Source: a virus. From it: a stretch of 64,000 bases of DNA. Within the stretch, counting starts at the first letter, position 1. Every line of letters starts with the position of its first letter. The notes under the pieces were generated by a model. It was not told where the DNA came from and made no database searches. It worked only from the letters and a program-made list of their open reading frames with translations. The translations under genes were made by a program, and so were the position numbers. Shown here in pieces: positions 47,511-56,550 of the stretch. The stretch is from the IMG/VR virus record IMGVR_UViG_3300050821_001592, positions 1 to 64,000 of that record. One strand, 5' to 3'.

Positions 47511-47583
47511 GTTGGACGGTGGGGGCGTTATACCCACGACCCCTCGGCGTCTACCCGAGTGCTCTACTCTGAGCTACGTCCAA
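47511..47583 (-). ncRNA. tRNA-like cloverleaf with non-canonical loops
   Basis: TTGGACG TA GCTC AGAGTA GAGC A CTCGG GTAGACG CCGAG GGGTC GTGGG TATAACGCC CCCAC CGTCCAA C; all four stems pair. Confidence 0.8.
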
Positions 47584-47588
47584 GCTTG

Positions 47589-48314
47589 TTAACGAAGGTT
47601 GGTCGAGGCCATGCTGTCTTTATACTCTTTGTTCCCGTCGACCCACTGACGGGTAACCGTGTCCCATTTATGAAAGGAGCAAATGACGGAAGACGACGGA
47701 GAGCCCGTAGTCGTGAACTTACACGCTTCGCGATACTCACGGTCAGCGTTGATGAAGGCCGTTTTATCAAACGCGCCATCCTCGGGAGCGACTTGATATC
47801 CTTGAGCATCAAAGTAGAAGTTTTTCTCGACCGGAGGGGCCCAAGTCTTACCGCAACGGGTACAACGAACCCACATATCTCCGTTAATCATGCGGTGACG
47901 GATGACCGAACGTTTCTCGGAATCGCCGCCCTCGTGTAGAACTCTTAGGTCCCGAGCGTGGGCCATCCCACCTTTACGGTGAGAACATACATTCTGGCGA
48001 AGGTGGTCGGTTGCACGTTGCTGGCCGAACACACGAGACTTCTGCTTCAAATCATTCTCAGCCTGCTTGCGTTTAATCTCGCGGTCAGACTGGCGTTTCT
48101 TACTTTCGTCGATATTAGCGAGACGCTCCTGAATTTCGAGCTTCTTTGCAGTCAACTCTTCCTGCTTCAACTGGATTTCGAGTTGCTGGGCTTGCAGCTT
48201 GGCTGCCTTGATTTGGTCATCCATGCTCGGCTCTGCGGGCGGGGCCGGGACATATCGAACGTCAGCCGCGATGGGTTCTTTCGAATCCTTTACTTCCTTT
48301 TCGTTGTGCATCAC
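47589..48314 (-). CDS. Coiled-coil protein with Zn-binding motif
   Basis: AGGAGG RBS; CSH...CTRC. Confidence 0.7.
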   Translation of the reverse strand: MMHNEKEVKDSKEPIAADVRYVPAPPAEPSMDDQIKAAKLQAQQLEIQLKQEELTAKKLEIQERLANIDESKKRQSDREIKRKQAENDLKQKSRVFGQQRATDHLRQNVCSHRKGGMAHARDLRVLHEGGDSEKRSVIRHRMINGDMWVRCTRCGKTWAPPVEKNFYFDAQGYQVAPEDGAFDKTAFINADREYREACKFTTTGSPSSSVICSFHKWDTVTRQWVDGNKEYKDSMASTNLR

Positions 48315-48319
48315 TCCTC

Positions 48320-49027
48320 CTATTTGCTCAACCTATTCCCCTGATTTCTAAAAGATTGCAGCGTCCGGTTGTAGCGATGAAACGCTGGTGTCGTAGGGGG
48401 CTTACCAAAAACCTCTTCAGCTTTCTCTCGGGAGATTCGACCCTTGAGGATGAGCTGAAGCAAACACGTCCTCCAACCACGGTATTTCTCTGTTGTGGGG
48501 ATGTTATGCTCGTCAAACCGCATGACACTCAATTCTGGCATAAACCCGAACTGAACCCAACACCCGACTTCGGCTTCTTTGGACTTCTCGTTAACTACCA
48601 CAAGGGTGAGTTTGTCGGGGTGTGGGTGACGACGATACCAACAATTCAACCCGGTTTTTTGAAGCTCCGTTATGAAGGTAGCAACGCCTTTGACTTTTCC
48701 GACTCTGTCGCCCGCGTTGGCGTACTCTTCTGGTGTTAGCCATTGGTACTCTTTCGCAGTGTGTTCGTTATTTTCTTGGATGCGACATAATTCTTCGTCG
48801 GTTTGGGCGGTAGGGGCGGCATCAGAGACGCGCTTCGAGTACTCTTCAATCGCGTCATTCAGCGCGGCGTCATTAAACTCCCCCATCATCTCTTTGTCAT
48901 ACGTATCGACGTCTTGCTGCTTCGTCGCTCGGTTGAGGGCCGCTTCTTTTTGCTCCGGGGTCCAAGAGTCTACTAACTCCGGTGCAGACTCTTCCCATCT
49001 TTGCAGGTAATCTTCATTAGTGGGCAT
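48320..49027 (-). CDS. Hypothetical head-module protein
   Basis: GGAGG RBS; YRGWRT motif. Confidence 0.75.
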   Translation of the reverse strand: MPTNEDYLQRWEESAPELVDSWTPEQKEAALNRATKQQDVDTYDKEMMGEFNDAALNDAIEEYSKRVSDAAPTAQTDEELCRIQENNEHTAKEYQWLTPEEYANAGDRVGKVKGVATFITELQKTGLNCWYRRHPHPDKLTLVVVNEKSKEAEVGCWVQFGFMPELSVMRFDEHNIPTTEKYRGWRTCLLQLILKGRISREKAEEVFGKPPTTPAFHRYNRTLQSFRNQGNRLSK

Positions 49028-49508
49028 GGTCCTCCAAGGTTTTTAGAGTGAGGCCCGGTTTTAGAGAATCGAATACGTTTGACGATGCGAAGTGAAACCG
49101 AAAAGAAATCCATCCCGGTATAAGAGCACACGGGTCATCCACGCTGGGCTGTGTGTTGATAACGAAGGTAAACTTCAGGTTCTTGTTTTCGAGCAAGTCA
49201 ATTATCACGTTATGTTGAAAGGTCAACCTAACGTTTTTGATAAGGGCGTTATATAGAATCGCACACCCCGCTCCCAAAATTTTTGCCTTGTCGACCGCGT
49301 TATCCTCGGTCACATTAAGGTAGTCGGCATACTCGTGAACCAACGCTGCCTCCGGCGTAGAACCGTATGAAAACATCTCGATGCGCGTCACGCGTTGGTT
49401 GGGGACAGGCACGGTTATAAACCGTCGAACTTCGTCAATCTTAAGATGCTGAATAACGCTGTCGTGAAAAGCTGCGCTAACTTTGGATTCTAGTTCCTTG
49501 AAATCCAT
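49017..49508 (-). CDS. Hypothetical protein
   Basis: AGGAGG RBS. Confidence 0.7.
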   Translation of the reverse strand: MDFKELESKVSAAFHDSVIQHLKIDEVRRFITVPVPNQRVTRIEMFSYGSTPEAALVHEYADYLNVTEDNAVDKAKILGAGCAILYNALIKNVRLTFQHNVIIDLLENKNLKFTFVINTQPSVDDPCALIPGWISFRFHFASSNVFDSLKPGLTLKTLEDHAH

Positions 49509-49524
49509 ACCCCCTCCTAATTAA

Positions 49525-49640
49525 CCAAAAAACATACCAAACCCGTTCATGACGATTCCGGGTCGACTCTGAACGGGTTCGATACTGACACTTAGTATCG
49601 GCACGCGCCACGATAGCAAGTCGCGGTCGTAACCGACGCT
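49525..49640 (-). ncRNA. Multi-stem intergenic RNA ending in a U tract (possible terminator)
   Basis: GTCG/CGAC, GATACT/AGTATC, AACCCGTTCA/TGAACGGGTT, then GTTTTTT. Confidence 0.5.
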
Positions 49641-49643
49641 TTC

Positions 49644-49922
49644 CTACTGCATCGATTCAGTAGTTCCACCGTCTACCGATTCGGGTAATCCACCGTCCTC
49701 GGATTCGACGACATCTGCGTCAAACTCACCGTCGCAGAACCGTTTGAAAGTCTCGTCGTTCTCAGCCGCCGTTGCAACCTGACTACGAAGGCTTTCATTA
49801 GTTCGTCGTAACGTGCGAATCACAATTCGCAACGTAGCGTTTGTCTCGCGCAAGCGGGAGACCTCTTCCTGCAAAATCTCATTTGATTCCTGCAAAGCCG
49901 CAGCTAACGTTCCCTCTTCCAT
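49644..49922 (-). CDS. Coiled-coil hypothetical protein
   Basis: GAGGAGG RBS. Confidence 0.7.
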   Translation of the reverse strand: MEEGTLAAALQESNEILQEEVSRLRETNATLRIVIRTLRRTNESLRSQVATAAENDETFKRFCDGEFDADVVESEDGGLPESVDGGTTESMQ

Positions 49923-50015
49923 ATTCCCTCCTCAGGGTAGAACTAATTCCTGCCGTTTCCAACAGTCTGTCCTGTGCCCGCGTGGTTTGCATTCCAAATC
50001 ATCGCGGCGTGTTTC

Positions 50016-50195
50016 TTAGCATTCTTTAGCGACATCGTCTTGCCTGTCTTCGGGTCTTTGTGAGTCAAGAACTTGTCGCGAATTTTCTCGTAGCCTCGTG
50101 GCATGGACCTCCTTAATCTCTTGGGGTTTCCATTCTCGGGTAATCTGGCTGGGGTGGAAGTTCTGTCCGCCTACTCGACTTGATGAGTTTGACAT
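50016..50195 (-). CDS. Hypothetical protein
   Basis: AGGAGG RBS. Confidence 0.6.
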   Translation of the reverse strand: MSNSSSRVGGQNFHPSQITREWKPQEIKEVHATRLRENSRQVLDSQRPEDRQDDVAKEC

Positions 50196-50204
50196 ATTCC
50201 TCCT

Positions 50205-50247
50205 AAACAAAAGACAAGCCGCTGCGATTGCAAACGGCTTGTCTTTT
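50205..50247 (-). terminator. Intrinsic terminator
   Basis: AAAAGACAAGCCG/CGGCTTGTCTTTT inverted repeat with a U-rich tail. Confidence 0.8.
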
Positions 50248-50260
50248 CTGGGATTACAAA

Positions 50261-50884
50261 TTAAGCAATAACGCTAACGACCACCTGTGCATAGATAAAC
50301 ATAATCGGACCCTCTTCAGGGGCCGTGTATCCATCATTATCGCCAAGAGTGTTGTCAAACGTTGGGAATTGACACTCAAGGATGCACTGTCCGACGTGGT
50401 TAGCGGTCACGACTACGTCGGCATCGTACGTCCCGTACGGAGCGCCCAGCGTAATTACACAAGCGTCGTAGTTAGACGTCGCGCTTCCGGTGGACGACCC
50501 GTTGTTCGGGCGATACCAACCTTCGGTGTTTGGAGCCGGGGCGCAATAAGCCTCCCACACGGCTTCGGTTTGGTTATATCCGCCGTTAGTGATGGGCTCA
50601 TTCAGCACATCCACAAGAGCCGCAGTCAGCTCCGCAGTAGTGTTGTATTTCACGCCGTTGACTGTAGCGCCCGTGAGGCTGAGGGTCAAAGCATACTGAG
50701 CAACGGGGAAATTACCCGGACCTGAACTTGGCCCAGCGGTCGCGCCGATACCCTGACCGTTAATGGGGGATGCTGTGCTGCCGGGGTGAACCAAAGACCC
50801 GCCAGCGGGATTCGTGACATTGACTCCGGCTACGTGAACATACGCAGCTACGCCGATGCCAGTCGTAGGGTTAGAACTAGGCAT
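50261..50884 (-). CDS. Capsid decoration / Ig-like virion protein
   Basis: Follows the capsid gene; VVVTANHVGQC Ig-like strand. Confidence 0.6.
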   Translation of the reverse strand: MPSSNPTTGIGVAAYVHVAGVNVTNPAGGSLVHPGSTASPINGQGIGATAGPSSGPGNFPVAQYALTLSLTGATVNGVKYNTTAELTAALVDVLNEPITNGGYNQTEAVWEAYCAPAPNTEGWYRPNNGSSTGSATSNYDACVITLGAPYGTYDADVVVTANHVGQCILECQFPTFDNTLGDNDGYTAPEEGPIMFIYAQVVVSVIA

Positions 50885-50885
50885 G

Positions 50886-51314
50886 TTATCTCTTTTCTGC
50901 CTCTTTAGAGGCTAACTGCTGTGCGAACGCATGAATTGAATCGATGCGTTGCTTGACAACCCCAAAAGGTACCGGGGTTCCATAAGCCCGAGACATATTA
51001 CGCTCCATCCAGTGCAGAAGGGAAAATCTTGACTTACTGCCATGGCAGGAGAGCTGTGGGCTTTCGTAATGAGAACTGCATACAGGAACTACATTTCCGT
51101 GGACAAAACCGCGTGACCAGTCAATCCGGTCGAGTCCCCAAACTTTACCATTCTCGGGAATTCTCCCGCAGTAGGCACACGGTCGAGGTTGACCGTTATT
51201 CAGAAAGTAGTGAATCGCTTCGTTGAGATGTGAAAATCCAAACGGGCAAGACTCCTGTCTAGCGACCCATCGCATGGCAAGATACCGTTTTTTGATGCTC
51301 TTGTCATAGGGCAT
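50886..51314 (-). CDS. HNH-family endonuclease
   Basis: PCAYCG...GLDRID...GFVHGNVVPVC...SCHGSK. Confidence 0.75.
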   Translation of the reverse strand: MPYDKSIKKRYLAMRWVARQESCPFGFSHLNEAIHYFLNNGQPRPCAYCGRIPENGKVWGLDRIDWSRGFVHGNVVPVCSSHYESPQLSCHGSKSRFSLLHWMERNMSRAYGTPVPFGVVKQRIDSIHAFAQQLASKEAEKR

Positions 51315-51408
51315 TTCGTTCTCCGCACGCAGTGGGCTCTGTATTGCCTTCAGGAGGCGTCCAGTCGGCGTCACTGTTGACGTAAAAGCTGTTAAGCGTC
51401 GTTGGAAG

Positions 51409-51443
51409 AAAAAACCAAAGGGTGTAAATTAAATTACACCCCT
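51409..51443 (-). terminator. Intrinsic terminator after the major capsid gene
   Basis: GGGTGTAA/TTACACCC followed by TTTGGTTTTTT. Confidence 0.8.
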
Positions 51444-51464
51444 AAGTTCTTTCAAATCAACGAG

Positions 51465-52490
51465 TTACGAAATCGCGCTTGCCGCGTCAATTTCCCGAAT
51501 TCTGATTGTGGTGTCTGGTCCGAGGCTGGTCGTGAAGTGTACACGATAGCTCGTCCACCCCGGAATCAGACCTTCGGGGTCTGCAACGGTAGGTGCAACG
51601 TTCTGCACGACGTTGCACTTGATGTTCTGCCACTGACCTTCGCCGAAAGTCGTGTCGTTCTGCGCTCCGAGGTTGATGGAGAAAATACCATCTTGCCCGA
51701 AAATGTAAGTACGCAGGGCGGTCAGACCCGTCACGCCTTGGTAATTAATCGTCTGCGTGACGAGGTTGGTCTGGAAGAACCGAACGCCGCTAGACGGCAG
51801 CTCAACGCTACCTTCGAGGTCGGTGCTCACCAATTCGTCCATGGTCATCTGACCCTGAGCGGTGTGCTTCAGGATGTCGATGGGGGAGTCGTTCGAGTTG
51901 TCAGCCAACACGTCGCCAAGAGCGAACGGGTGGATGACGCCCACGAACATATCCTTCATGAACGGCTTCACAGAGCGGCCAGCCAGAGACTGAACGCTGT
52001 TACGAATCTGGGAGAGACTCAGAGCGGTAAAGCTCGAAGTGCTCGACGCAGCCAGCTCCACGAGAACGCTAGAATCGATGCTGTTCGCACCGTCTGCGGT
52101 CGCACGGACCAGAGCCGACAAAGACTCGCCCAACTGATAGGACAGTTCCTTCGCCACGTTCTCGACGGTGTTATCAATGGCGGTAGCCAAAGACAAGCTG
52201 GAGAAGTTCGCGTAGTCTGCGTATTCGCCAATCGTCGCGGTGGTGTTCAGGACGTTGACGCTCAAGGAGCTACCAACCGTTCCTTCGGTGGTCTGAGTGG
52301 TCAGAGCCGCCAGCGGAACGTACATGAACATCTCATATTGATTTCCCGAATTCTTCGGGAGGTCCAAACGCTGAGAGCAACGAACGAACGGAGTCTGCGC
52401 CTTCAAATTCTCGCGAAAACGTTTGTCGTAGTACTTCACAGTGCTCTGGGGCAGGTTAGAAAGCTGATTGCCTGCGGGACTAAAAGCCAT
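51465..52490 (-). CDS. Major capsid protein (N4-gp56-like)
   Basis: LPKNSG, TEGT, IGEYADY, VIHP, ADP motifs; follows the scaffold gene; biased codon use. Confidence 0.85.
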   Translation of the reverse strand: MAFSPAGNQLSNLPQSTVKYYDKRFRENLKAQTPFVRCSQRLDLPKNSGNQYEMFMYVPLAALTTQTTEGTVGSSLSVNVLNTTATIGEYADYANFSSLSLATAIDNTVENVAKELSYQLGESLSALVRATADGANSIDSSVLVELAASSTSSFTALSLSQIRNSVQSLAGRSVKPFMKDMFVGVIHPFALGDVLADNSNDSPIDILKHTAQGQMTMDELVSTDLEGSVELPSSGVRFFQTNLVTQTINYQGVTGLTALRTYIFGQDGIFSINLGAQNDTTFGEGQWQNIKCNVVQNVAPTVADPEGLIPGWTSYRVHFTTSLGPDTTIRIREIDAASAIS

Positions 52491-52514
52491 GGCTATTTAC
52501 CTCGTGGTGAGAAG

Positions 52515-53621
52515 TTAACGCTGTCTCGCCGCTCGACGGAGGTCAGCTTCTTTTTGAAGCCTATCCACTGTCGGAAGGAACGTCGGGTCTTCTTTTGACC
52601 TCTTGGCGTACACATCGGCGGACATCTTGTCAACTTCTGCCAGTGTCAGAGTGCGCTCGCTCGCGGGTGTTGCTCCGTTGGATGAAGACACGCGGTCATT
52701 CAATCCTGAGGGCGTCTGGCGTCTGGCGTTTTGTACCGTCTGTGCGTCACTAGTAATCCGACTAGCTGCTACAGGGGGAACCTGCGGTTTCGGTTCCGTT
52801 TCCACTGCCACGGGGGCTGCCTGTGCCAGTTGTACGACTGGAGCGGGTACTAGCAATGCGCTAGTTCTCGCTAAGGCGATTTCGAAATTATCAGTAGTGG
52901 GTTCGAGATTCCTCTCACCCATCCACTTAGTTAGGATTTCACGATTGGCTTCTACGTTATAGAAACCATCGCCAACCCTGTCAATGAATTCTTCAAAACT
53001 ACGTACGACCTGATTCTCCAAAAGGAGTCGCTGACTTTGATTCAGCACTTCCGTAATAACTTCAGGCGTAGCGCCGAAAGTAGCTTCGGCAAGTCTGACC
53101 TTCGCGTCTTCGAACTTCGCGGGGTCATTCAAATCTTGTGTCAACTGATATCGCTCGTCAGCATTCAACTGCTTCGGTTTTAATCCCCCAAAATTCTCGG
53201 GCAGCCGTTTCGCCCTAGTGGGTACTTCCTGTTCGGGGGTGAGACCGAGGCGAGCATCCCGAGAAAGTTTCCTCATCTGTCGAAGGATGCTGTTGTTCTG
53301 TTCCGTGAATTTCTTAATTAACTCTTCGTGCGTTTTATAAATAAGAACTTGCTTACCGCCGAACGGCTTACCCATCTCGTCCGTCGGCTGCCATTCATAC
53401 CGTTGTTCAACCGGGTCCGCCGCCGCTACCGTAGTAACAGCCGGAACGGGGGGTTCAGCCACAATCTCTACGACTGTTTGGGGTACGGCAGGGAGACCCG
53501 TCTCAGGGTCCAGAACTTCAACCGGGAACATCGCGTTAACGGCGGCGATGAACTCCGGGTCCTGTAATTTCGCAGCGTATTCGCTTGCCGACATGTTGTC
53601 AATATCTGTTGACGTGTACAT
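52515..53621 (-). CDS. Capsid scaffolding protein
   Basis: Directly upstream of the capsid gene; IDNMSASEY and VDKMSADVY motifs. Confidence 0.7.
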   Translation of the reverse strand: MYTSTDIDNMSASEYAAKLQDPEFIAAVNAMFPVEVLDPETGLPAVPQTVVEIVAEPPVPAVTTVAAADPVEQRYEWQPTDEMGKPFGGKQVLIYKTHEELIKKFTEQNNSILRQMRKLSRDARLGLTPEQEVPTRAKRLPENFGGLKPKQLNADERYQLTQDLNDPAKFEDAKVRLAEATFGATPEVITEVLNQSQRLLLENQVVRSFEEFIDRVGDGFYNVEANREILTKWMGERNLEPTTDNFEIALARTSALLVPAPVVQLAQAAPVAVETEPKPQVPPVAASRITSDAQTVQNARRQTPSGLNDRVSSSNGATPASERTLTLAEVDKMSADVYAKRSKEDPTFLPTVDRLQKEADLRRAARQR

Positions 53622-53649
53622 AATTTCCTCCTCTTGGAAATCCTAAACT

Positions 53650-54006
53650 TTAAAACGCTTCTTGCCCTTCAAACTCTGGCGGGTAGTACGGCCTTTCGGG
53701 GTCTTCTATAGTGCCTATGGTGGACGTTTCGTTCCTCAAGAGAGTAATCTCTTCTTCGATTCTCTGTAGCAAGCCTTGGTAAATCATGCCCGCTGCTTTC
53801 ACCATGCGATGTCTTGATAAAACTTCATCACTGCTTGTAGGGTCCGTATTCACCAGTCTCTGATTGAACAGTTTGATTTCATCCTCAATCATCTGCTGGA
53901 TGAGCTTGAACCCTTCCGTGTGGATGTATCCCGCGAGGACCCCCCGCTGCTGGCGATTCAATTTCGACAAAGGCTCCATCCCAATCTTCGCGATATCAAT
54001 CTCCAC
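53650..54006 (-). CDS. Portal-adjacent small protein
   Basis: AGGGGGAG RBS and GTG start; TEGFKLI helix. Confidence 0.65.
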   Translation of the reverse strand: MEIDIAKIGMEPLSKLNRQQRGVLAGYIHTEGFKLIQQMIEDEIKLFNQRLVNTDPTSSDEVLSRHRMVKAAGMIYQGLLQRIEEEITLLRNETSTIGTIEDPERPYYPPEFEGQEAF

Positions 54007-54019
54007 GTCTCCCCCTAAA

Positions 54020-54162
54020 ATTTGTGGCAGTTTAGAGTGATGCCCAGCACTAGCGGTCTTTCGACCAGATATCTCTGCGGCTCCTCGCGGACCCCCGCAG
54101 TGCGGGGTTAGTTTTGGATGAGGAACCAACTGTCCTCGAAACGGGCGAGCGACACCCGTTTA
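54020..54162 (-). ncRNA. Structured intergenic RNA candidate
   Basis: AAACGGGTG/CGCCCGTTT, GAGGA/TCCTC, CCCCGC/GCGGGG, GGTC-GAAA-GACC. Confidence 0.5.
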
Positions 54163-54169
54163 TGTTTGA

Positions 54170-54400
54170 TTACGCAGCCGGAGTTGCCGGAGTTGCAGGC
54201 GCGGGGGTCAACGCGGCGACTACGGAAGCGTTGATTGCATCAACACTGGCCTTAGCGGCGTCCACCTGTGCCTGAGGCACCGTATTGGCTTCTTGTGCGA
54301 TAAGCGAGGCAACGTTACCTGAGAGGGTAGCGATACTGGTATTCAGTGCGTCAATTGCCATTCTTAGTCTCCTTAATTCATGAATCAGTTCAAAGTCCAT
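54170..54400 (-). CDS. Small coiled-coil protein
   Basis: GGAGG RBS; possible second start at MAID. Confidence 0.65.
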   Translation of the reverse strand: MDFELIHELRRLRMAIDALNTSIATLSGNVASLIAQEANTVPQAQVDAAKASVDAINASVVAALTPAPATPATPAA

Positions 54401-54412
54401 ACACCCTCCAGA

Positions 54413-56539
54413 CTACTCGACGGTTGGTAACTGGCCCTGTAACCCTTGTTGGGACGGTTCGCCGTTCACGCTCTCCGACATCCCACTAGCCTTAGCGGCC
54501 TCGCGTGTGATGTCCCGCTTAATTCGGTTGTCTGAAGCTTGGTCTTCGAGCTTTTGTTTCTGTACAAATTTTTGTTGGTCGCTTTGTTGCTTAACCTGCA
54601 TCGCTTGCGCTTGCAGAGCAGCCTTCGAGTTCGCATCCCGACGTTGTTTTTCTTCGGGAGTCATATCCTCGACGATATCATTCTTGTTCTTCCACTCCGA
54701 GGCTTCCATCCACATATCGATAATCGGCTCGATATTAATCTTCTTGCCGACTTCCGATAGCATCGTTTGGATTTGCGGATTATCTAAAATCTGCGTGAGC
54801 ATGACCATAGATTGCGCCATTGTCCGCTTTGCCGCGAGGGACGCGCCTGCTAGGACCTCGTATTCAATCTGAGCGTCGTGGAATTCCTGAAGGGTAAATC
54901 CCTCCAGCATATCCTCGCCCATCTTCTTACCAAGAACGTGCTTAATAGCAAAATCAGACATGACCGTAAAGGTCAACATGTCGATAACGCCAATGAACGG
55001 TTTGAAAACTTGTTCTATGAAGTTATCTAAAGGCCCGTCAAGTCGGGTTGCGGACGCCCCGGCCATCAGATTCGCACCTGTAGCAGAACGTCCCATACCT
55101 GCACGAGGCCCCGCTGAACTCCCTTGAACGAGAGTCTGGTCGGCACCTGAGGAACTCTCGGTTGCGGCCTCATTCTCTTTCATTGCCGACCAAATGTCAG
55201 ACGGCACCTTTGGGGATTCGAGCAGCTTATAGGATTTCTCTGTATCCGTCACACTAATAATCTTACCGATTCCAGTACGGATGGTCTGTGTGGGCGCGTT
55301 GTCATCCCGATGGCGAAGATAAATCGGATTAACACCGTAACTCAGGATTTTCAGAATTGAGTTGATTGTGCCTTGGTCGACGCGCTGATTTTGTCCAACG
55401 ATTAGACCGAGACCCATACCGTAGAAAGCCCGAGGGCGATTCCACCAGTTGGACGACAAGAACGGAATGCGTTTGAATTCGTTCTCGCCCGTATAGACGA
55501 TTTTCTCTTTGTTCAGAACAACAATCTTTCGACCGCCGTCCCAATATTCCATCAACTCTAGTTTCGTTCGTCGTGGGTCGGGGCTCGCCTGATTATTGAC
55601 CTCCTCAGCGTGGAATACTACCCCGCGCACTTGGGTAGTCATATCCAAGTCTTGAATCTGCTGTCCTGCTTGACCGTCCCACATACCCGCGATTTGAGCA
55701 TCGGACGGAAATATCCAACCGTCAATGGCGACACCCTCTTCGCCGTCTTCTATCGCACCACGAATACTATTCTTCAAATCCATGAACTGGTACCAGTCCA
55801 TGTAGCGGATATCAATGACCCACCGGGCTTCCCGAATATCCGAAACTTCCAACTGCGGGTCAACGAGAACGCGATTTAACGGACGATGCTCAAAAAAAGG
55901 CATCGGCACGATTTTCACCGTACGCTCTATGCTTGGCGGCTCATCCAACGCAATGTCCTGTCGTGTGGTAGACCCGTCGGCGTTAGGTAAATCAACATGC
56001 TTGACTGTCGCTGTTCGCTTGACAGTTACGATTTCTTTCCAGTCATATCCCCATTTGAAAATACCCGTACCGAGATGAGCCATCTGCTCAAGCCCCCACT
56101 TCGTGTGGTTCTTGAACTTACACTCATCGAGAATATAGGAGTATAAAGCGGTCTTCGCGTCAACAACCTTTTGACTCGTACCCGGACGGGGGCGAATAAG
56201 CATCGGCGGGTCGTCGTAGAACAGACCCTTGTATAGTTGAGGTACGACAGCATTACAAACTTTCGCGACGGTAAAACGCTGTACATTCGGTTCGAGAACG
56301 TAGGTATTCTCGTACACCGTCATCGGACGGGGCGATTGGAACAACAAATCCGCGTCTCTCCACATCAACGTCCATTGACGGTTTTGAATATACGCCTTTG
56401 CGAGTTCCGCCGAACGGCATACGAGGGCGAGTTCTTTATTGATAGGGAGGTCCCCGGTTTTAACGTTTTTGAAATCTTGGGGCGCGATATTTCCGTTTGG
56501 GTCTCCGTCGCGGATGACCGCTTCCGTAAGTACGTCCAT
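54413..56539 (-). CDS. Portal protein
   Basis: 708 aa after the terminase; GTGIFK, VLVDP, EYW, FYGMG, RSATGA; Gln-rich tail. Confidence 0.88.
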   Translation of the reverse strand: MDVLTEAVIRDGDPNGNIAPQDFKNVKTGDLPINKELALVCRSAELAKAYIQNRQWTLMWRDADLLFQSPRPMTVYENTYVLEPNVQRFTVAKVCNAVVPQLYKGLFYDDPPMLIRPRPGTSQKVVDAKTALYSYILDECKFKNHTKWGLEQMAHLGTGIFKWGYDWKEIVTVKRTATVKHVDLPNADGSTTRQDIALDEPPSIERTVKIVPMPFFEHRPLNRVLVDPQLEVSDIREARWVIDIRYMDWYQFMDLKNSIRGAIEDGEEGVAIDGWIFPSDAQIAGMWDGQAGQQIQDLDMTTQVRGVVFHAEEVNNQASPDPRRTKLELMEYWDGGRKIVVLNKEKIVYTGENEFKRIPFLSSNWWNRPRAFYGMGLGLIVGQNQRVDQGTINSILKILSYGVNPIYLRHRDDNAPTQTIRTGIGKIISVTDTEKSYKLLESPKVPSDIWSAMKENEAATESSSGADQTLVQGSSAGPRAGMGRSATGANLMAGASATRLDGPLDNFIEQVFKPFIGVIDMLTFTVMSDFAIKHVLGKKMGEDMLEGFTLQEFHDAQIEYEVLAGASLAAKRTMAQSMVMLTQILDNPQIQTMLSEVGKKINIEPIIDMWMEASEWKNKNDIVEDMTPEEKQRRDANSKAALQAQAMQVKQQSDQQKFVQKQKLEDQASDNRIKRDITREAAKASGMSESVNGEPSQQGLQGQLPTVE

Positions 56540-56550
56540 GGATTTCCTTC

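Noticed and set aside
51402-52598. 398-aa + strand ORF
   Set aside because: Antisense shadow of the capsid gene, explained by its codon bias
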